Part shown: positions 57,706 to 64,000 of the stretch, piece by piece
How the letters are laid out: every line of letters starts with the position of its first letter
How positions within the stretch are numbered: position 1 is the stretch's first letter
NCBI GenBank assembly: GCA_030390025.1
Contig: CM059431.1
Span: 126,048,001-126,112,000, forward strand
Direction: 5' to 3'
Origin: Squalus acanthias
Lineage: Eukaryota
Length of the DNA: 64,000 nucleotides
The notes under the pieces: generated by a model
Databases searched by the model: none
What the model saw: only the letters and a program-made list of their open reading frames with translations
What the model was told of the DNA's origin: nothing
Made by a program: the position numbers and the translations under genes

Positions 57706-59620
57706 TTATTTGTGTGTTAGCTTCCTCTTACGCGTGCTTCTACATGATGCTTCCCCTGTGGCTTCAGCAGATGTAGAGACACCTTGCTCACTTTGATGCT
57801 GCACCTGCTTAGACACCTTTGGCGGGTGTCCTCTGGGTTTGGGACCCTGGGAGGGCTCCTCCACAGTCTGCTCTTCCTGCGGCTGTGCAGGGGCTGAGAC
57901 AGCCATCTCAGTTGGGTGAGGAATCTGGGGCACTGACCGAGGGCTCCACAGTGGCATGGTCTTGTGAGCGCTTGGAGAGGAGCCCACACTTCCTTGTTGT
58001 TGGCCACCACCATCCCTCTCATGGGTCACCCACACTTCAGTGCTAGCAAGTGGCTGGAGAGCACCTTTGCTGCACATCAGTGGGGCCATGAGGACCCGTC
58101 TCTGTACTGACAATCCTTATAACGGGGATTTCCATGTACCTCTGGTGTCTCTCCACAATAGATGACCATCTATCCTCCATAGCAGACCATCTATTTAGAA
58201 GAGTCATCTTATTCTCCTGAGTCTGGCGACTTATGTCCTCCATGGAGGTTGCCACCCTCTCCATGGCGGCACGTTCATGCATCATTGCCTCGACAAAGGC
58301 AGTGCTCATGTTTGAGATGGACTCCTCCATTCTCTCCACACTCGCTGTTACCCTGGATGCAAACTCTGTCAGAGACTCCTGCACTTGTACCTGGAGTTCC
58401 AGCACCGCTCTCTTTCTGGATGGCCCCAGAGTCACAGCGTCTACATGCAGCTGAGCAGAGCTAGGAGCGTCCTGCGACCTCCGACGAGGACTCTCCTCTG
58501 CTGTCGCTGTCTCCACCATCTGCTGATGCTCTCGTGAGCTGTGATACACCAGGTGACAACACTACTCTATCTCGCGATGGCCTCACCGAGGTGTGCATTG
58601 CTGCGCTGGTGCTGGGTGCGCTGGTGCTGGTGCCACTTCTCCCTCAGAGGCTGCAGGTTCCTCTGAGGAGTCATCCAGCTCTTCCGCCTGGACAGTGGGG
58701 AGGGGGACTCTTGATGGTCCTGTGGGAGAGTAAAGGCATGAGTTAGACATCTGATTTTTAGGTAGCAGACACATCCTATTGTGCAGATGATCCAAAGTCA
58801 ATCTCTATAAACATCATATGCCATTGCAGTCAATCATGAAATCTAAATGTGAGGGTTCAAAACCTATTCTGTCACCAGCTTAGTTTAGTGCACCCATTTC
58901 TCTGTCCCCCACTTCCAGCTCCTAGCCACCTCCCACGATCTCGTGCGCAGCCTCCTCAGCACTTGTCAATGTCACCAGGGATGGTGGGCCTCCTCCTGTC
59001 TTCGCTCTCTCCCTCTTATTGTGGGCTATCTTTTCCTGCAAGGAAGGAGACAAGCGGAGTTTCAACGAGAGTGATGGAGTGACTGTGAAGCATCCACAAC
59101 ATGAAGCTTAGAGGGAGAACAAGATGGAGTGAGGTGCCAAGAGGAAGCTGCCTCCCTGTGCTTTGTTAGTTGTTGTCATTGCATAACAGTGAGAGCAAGT
59201 GTGAGGGGTGCATAGTAGGATGGTGAGGTGATTCAGTACAGAGAGAGAGATGGATAGGTAAGGGTGAAAGGGAAGTAAGGGTAAGGTGGAATGTGGAGGA
59301 ACAGGCTTACAAAGCAGTGTGCTGGTGATGAGAAGAGAAGGGAAGCAGATTGAAGGTAAGTGTGATGTGATATTCACTTTGGATGATCGCAGAAGATCAT
59401 TAAACCGTTTCCGGCACTGGATCCAGGAGCGTGAATAAATGGACCTAGCACTGACCTCCTCAGCAATGTGTAGCCAGACTGACTAGTGTTTGCTGAGGAG
59501 GCTTCCTCCGGCCATTGGGAGGGAACAGAATCTCCCTGAGCCCTCTTACTCCCTCCACAAGAGCTTGGAGGGAGTCCTCATTAAACCTTGGATCAGCCTA
59601 GGCTTTGGCAGCACTCATTG
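57706..59620 (-). pseudogene. Harbinger Myb/SANT-like gene, intron-containing, disrupted
   Basis: Minus-strand RSWIQCRKRFNDL at ~59395-59433; coiled segment 58043-58549; C-terminal RSTRKRK. Confidence 0.7.
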
Positions 59621-61302
59621 TAGCGTGGGCCCATTCAAACAGCAGCAAAAAGGAGAAATGAGAGGCTGAGGCTGCATGGGCCCCTTAAAAACAACTGCAG
59701 CAATGATGTCATCAGAGGCGAGTAACAGACCCGATCCCACTCATTGGACCGGGCAACGCGCATGACGGGACTTAATAGGCCACTTAAATTCAAATCTCAA
59801 TTCGGGAGCTGCTGAAACTGGCAGCAGGATTGGAACCCGCCCACCAGGCAACCCGACTCCAACCCGCCGCCTCTATTAAATTCGCGGCCTTAGGGTTTCC
59901 TGGATCAGAAAACATGGTTTCCTGAGCCAATTGTGGGTGGGTGGCAGATGCCAGAGGTGCAAATCCACCTGTCTTTCTTCCCTCTGCCAGATTCCTTCCT
60001 GTTTCAAATACAGGTTAGTTGTTGATGGCCACAGTACAATGTCTGGGCTCAGCATTGTGTTTGGAATTGAGGTTGGCAGCTGGCAGCAACAACAATACTG
60101 TGGCTGAGAGTCAGTATTGCAAAAGATCAGCTACAAGCACTGGAAAATAACTATTGCACAAGCAATAATGCAGACACAACATCATGACAAGTCAAAGAAA
60201 GCAAATTCCCCAAAATTAGTCACTCAGCTTTAAGAATGGATGCTCCATAGCAAACAACGTTGAAGCCTAGAAGTGCCAGTATTAATTGGCAAACACTGCT
60301 TTTAAAAAGTAGACCAGCAAGGAGAGACAGGGAATTTATTTTTTCTCCTTGTCGGCCTACATTTTGTGTTAACATGTATTCAAACAATTTTTCGGTCTAT
60401 AATGAGGCCTGTCCATGTTTGCATGACCTCAAAAAAAAATCAAAATTATTCTCCTGTGGAATCATGAGTGCAGTGTGCTCCTGCTAAATTCTGCACTTCA
60501 TACATACTGGGTGCAAAGGTTGCTCTCCAAGCAAGACAGTGGGGAACTGGCCTCACTCTCTTCCACCCCCCGGCCATTTTTCCAGTTAAGACCGACACTC
60601 TTCTCCCTCTAGCTCATCAATTCCATCTGACACACTTCTTCCATCCTTAATTAAACCTGGCCGTCTTCTCTCTCTTCAATGCAGTTTTAGCTAGTATTCT
60701 TCTTCCTCCCCTGATTGACGTTGGCATTATTCTCCCCCTTCCATTAAACCTGGCACTCGATTTCCCTCTGTTCAAACTGGCACTCTACCCTCAGGTCAAG
60801 CTGATTCTTTCCCCTCAACCTCCCCAGTATACATTGCCACTCTTCCTCTCCCCCAGATCAGGTTGCCATTCTGCTTGGTATGTATAAAACAACAATTAGC
60901 ATATTCTTCGGTAGGCCAATCTACTGGCAAAAAACAATATTGTGAGGGGTATAATGTGTTGCGTCAAAAGACAAACCTTTTTGCCTTTATGTCAAAGGTT
61001 AGTTTGATCGCACATTTAGCAGAATAGTATAACCGATTGTAATGTTCCTCAAAAGAAATATGAGGATCTGGGATTTGACTCATCATCCATCAAGTGAGTA
61101 GATTCAGATATTCTTATGAGAAGTAACTGAAAGAGAATGAATGAAACATACTACTGAGATCCTGATGACAGTTTGAGCATCACAAACAATCTCCCTGCTC
61201 AATAAATGGTATTCCTTCCTTTTATGGTACAATTTATGAAAGGGACATGTCATTCTCTATATGCTTTGCTTTGGCTCCCAGGACCCCTAGGAAGCCAGTA
61301 AT

Positions 61303-61520
61303 CTAATAAAATATTGGAACTGTTTGTTCGTGCTGATCATAGTCCCATGGGAAGCAGAGAGTGTGGCCTGCTACCTTAACCAAGGCAGCTGTGACCCGAC
61401 TTATGTAATTAGACTTGGTGAACTGATTTATAGTAAAGACATCACCCAGAGTTTGAAAGGTGTTAGCAGCATGGAAGGCAAATGATGTTGTCACTTTCAC
61501 AGCTACAGGCAAAGATGCAC
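61303..61520 (-). pseudogene. Highly decayed Harbinger transposase N-terminal fragment
   Basis: LPVAVKVTTSFAFHAANTFQTLGD..ISRVTAAL resembles the HARBI1 N-terminal helix-turn-helix region. Confidence 0.5.
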
Positions 61521-61876
61521 TTACTGATGTCTCATTTTCTGAAGCTGCTTGCAGTTACTGTCACAGACTTCGCTAATAAATATTCCAATACTGTACATCT
61601 CAACTTCCAATTTAGATGTTGAGGATGCAGATCTTCTAAATTTAGTTTGAATTTAACATGTTCATGTGCTAAGCAGAAAATAATTTTAACATGATACTAC
61701 CAATAAGTCATAAATCCAATGGGATGAATGTGCAAATTTTAGTTTGGGAAGGAGAGGTAACCTTGTGGTAATGGTGAGACATTGTTAAGTCCAATTTCTG
61801 TCGGTCCACAATTCACACAGAGAACTAAATGCTACTGGATATTGCAGGAAATGTTGTTTCTCTGAAAACAAAACAA

Positions 61877-61880
<4 letters not shown>

Positions 61881-61908
<28 letters not shown>
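61881..61908. repeat. (TA)n microsatellite
   Basis: ~13 TA units. Confidence 0.95.
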
Positions 61909-61917
<9 letters not shown>

Positions 61918-62274
61918 CACATGACTCCATTAGGCCTCGACTGCTATTTTAACCAGTGGCCTGAGCAGGGAAGCCATTGTGACTTTCCCGCCAGATGAAG
62001 ACAGCAGGAAGAGAAGTCGAGGCCAGAAGAGGTCCAAACAGGTAAGATTTTTAAGAACTTTTTTAAACTTTCCCTGTGGGACTAGGAGGAGCATGAGTGG
62101 CACTCCAGGCCTCAAAGGAAAGCTTAGGCCTCCCCTGGACCCGCCTCCACCCTTCTCAAATGCGAGGCCTTGCTGAAACCTACTCCCCATTATTTACGAG
62201 AGTGTTGGCAAACATTGCTTCGATTTGGGTGGGTATGTAACTGTGGCCAGGGATCTAAAATTACGCAGGATAAA

Positions 62275-64000
62275 GGGAAAGGTAGCATAGTGGTTATGTT
62301 ACTGGACTAATAATCCAGAGGCCTGGCCTAATGATCAGGAGACATGAGATCAAATCCCACCACGGCAGTAAGGAATTTAAATGCAGTTATTTAAATAAAT
62401 CTGGAATAAAAAGCTGGCATCAGTGTTACTACCGCATTGTCGTAAAAACCCATCTGGTTCACTAATGTCCTTTAGGGAAAGAAATCTGCCGTCCTTACCC
62501 GGTCCAGCCTATATGTGATGACAGACCCACAGCAATGTGGTTGACTCTTAACTGCCCTCTGAAATGGCCTATCAAGCCACTCAGTCGTAACAAACCGCGA
62601 CAGAAAACAATAATAAGAATAAAACCGGATCAACTTCGGACACGACGAAGGCACACCCAGCCCAGTCGAGCCTGCAAAGTCCTCCTCACTAACATCTGGG
62701 GACATGTGCCAAAATTGGGAGAGCTTCCCCACAGACTAGTCACACAACAGCCTGACATAGTCATGCTCACAGAATCATACCTTTCAGCCAGTGTCCCAGA
62801 CTCCTCCATCACCATCCTTGGGTATTTCCTGTCTCACCAGCAGGAAAGACCCACCAGAGGTCATGGTATATAGGTAGGAGGGAGTGGCCCTGGGAGTCTC
62901 ATGGCATCAGATCAAACATGGGCAAGATTACCATCTACCGCCCTCCCTCAGCTGATGAATCAGTACTCCTCCATGTTGAACACCACTTCGAAGTAGTACT
63001 GCGGGTACAGAATGTACTCTGTGTGGGGGACTTCAATGTCCATCACCAAGAGTGGCTCAGTAGCACCACTACTGACTGAGCTGGCCTAGTCCTGAAGGAT
63101 TAAGCTGCCAGACTGGACCTGCCACAGGTGGTGAGAGAACCAACACGAGGGAAAAACCGACTTGACCTCGTCCTCACCAATTTACCTGTCACAGATGCAT
63201 CTGTCCATGACAGTATTGGTAGGAGTGACCACCGCACAGTCCTTGCAGAGATGAAGTCCCTTCTTCACACAGAGGACACCCTCCATCATGTGTGGCTCTA
63301 CCAATGTGCTAAATGGGATAGATTCAGAACAGATCTAGCAGCTTAAAACTGGGCATCCATGAGGCGCTGTGGGCCATCAGCAGCAGCAGAATTGTATTCC
63401 ACTATAATCTCATGGCCTGGCATATCCCTCACTCTACCATCACCATCAAGCCAGGGGACCAACCCTGGTTCAACAACGAGTGTAGAAGAGCATGCCGGGA
63501 GCAGCACCAGGCGTACCTAAAAATGAGGTGCCAACCTGGGTAAGCTGCAACACAGGACTACATGCATGCTGAAAAACGGAAGCAGCATGCTATAGACAGG
63601 GCTAAGCAATCCCACAATCAACGGATCAGATTAAAGCTCTGCAGTCCTGCCACATCCAGTCGTGAATGGTGGTGGACCATTAAACAACTGACGGGAGGAG
63701 GAGACTCCAAGAATGTCCCCATCCTCAATGATGGTGGAGCCCAGAATGTGAGTGCAAAAGACAAGGCTGAAGCGTTTGCAACCAACATCAGCCAGAAGTG
63801 CCGAGTGGATGATCCATATCGGCCTACTCCCGAGGTCCCCACCATCACTGAAGCCAGTCTTCATTCCACGTGATATCAAGAAATGGCTGAACACACTGAA
63901 TACAGCAAAGGCTATGGGCCCCGACAACACCCTGGCTATCGTGCTGAAGACTTTTGCTCCAGAACTAGCCACGCCTCTAGCCAAGCTGTTCCAGTACAGC
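62275..64000 (+). mobile_element. APE-type non-LTR retrotransposon with tRNA-like head (same family as 4838-7698), runs off window
   Basis: TAGCATAGTGG and GATCAAATCCC head, then LTNIWG..IVMLTESYL..GDFNVHH..LDLVLTN..SDH endonuclease. Confidence 0.88.

Larger units (their letters stand above)
56364..59889. mobile_element. Harbinger transposon with deleted transposase 5' part (transposase +, Myb/SANT gene -)
   Basis: TIRs GGCCTTGAATTTAAT / ATTAAATTCGCGGCC; convergent genes. Confidence 0.85.

Overview
Eukaryotic, repeat-dense, non-genic DNA, most likely from a cartilaginous fish (inferred from SacSINE1/DeuSINE-type SINEs and shark-type CR1, Penelope and Harbinger families). I could not support any host protein-coding exon. 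The centrepiece is an apparently intact, very young 12.6-kb endogenous retrovirus (26236-38870). It has ~1.63-kb LTRs that differ visibly only by one T, a GGGT target-site duplication, a tRNA-Arg(TCG) primer-binding site overlapping the first gag ATG, and a PPT. gag is joined in-frame to pol by a UGA-CUAG readthrough codon. pol encodes PR, RT, a degenerate RNase H (tether), an active RNase H, integrase and a ~275-aa tail. env lacks the usual gamma-type motifs, looks like an F-type class I fusion protein (lokiretrovirus-like), and carries an immunoglobulin-like domain at its N-terminus. The flanks hold decayed Harbinger transposons and their MITEs (one family with conserved splice-signal cassettes and long palindromes), nested CR1 LINEs, a Penelope-like element, DeuSINEs, and two copies of a LINE with a tRNA-like 5' head and no visible ORF1. 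All calls were made by eye; no database searches were run.
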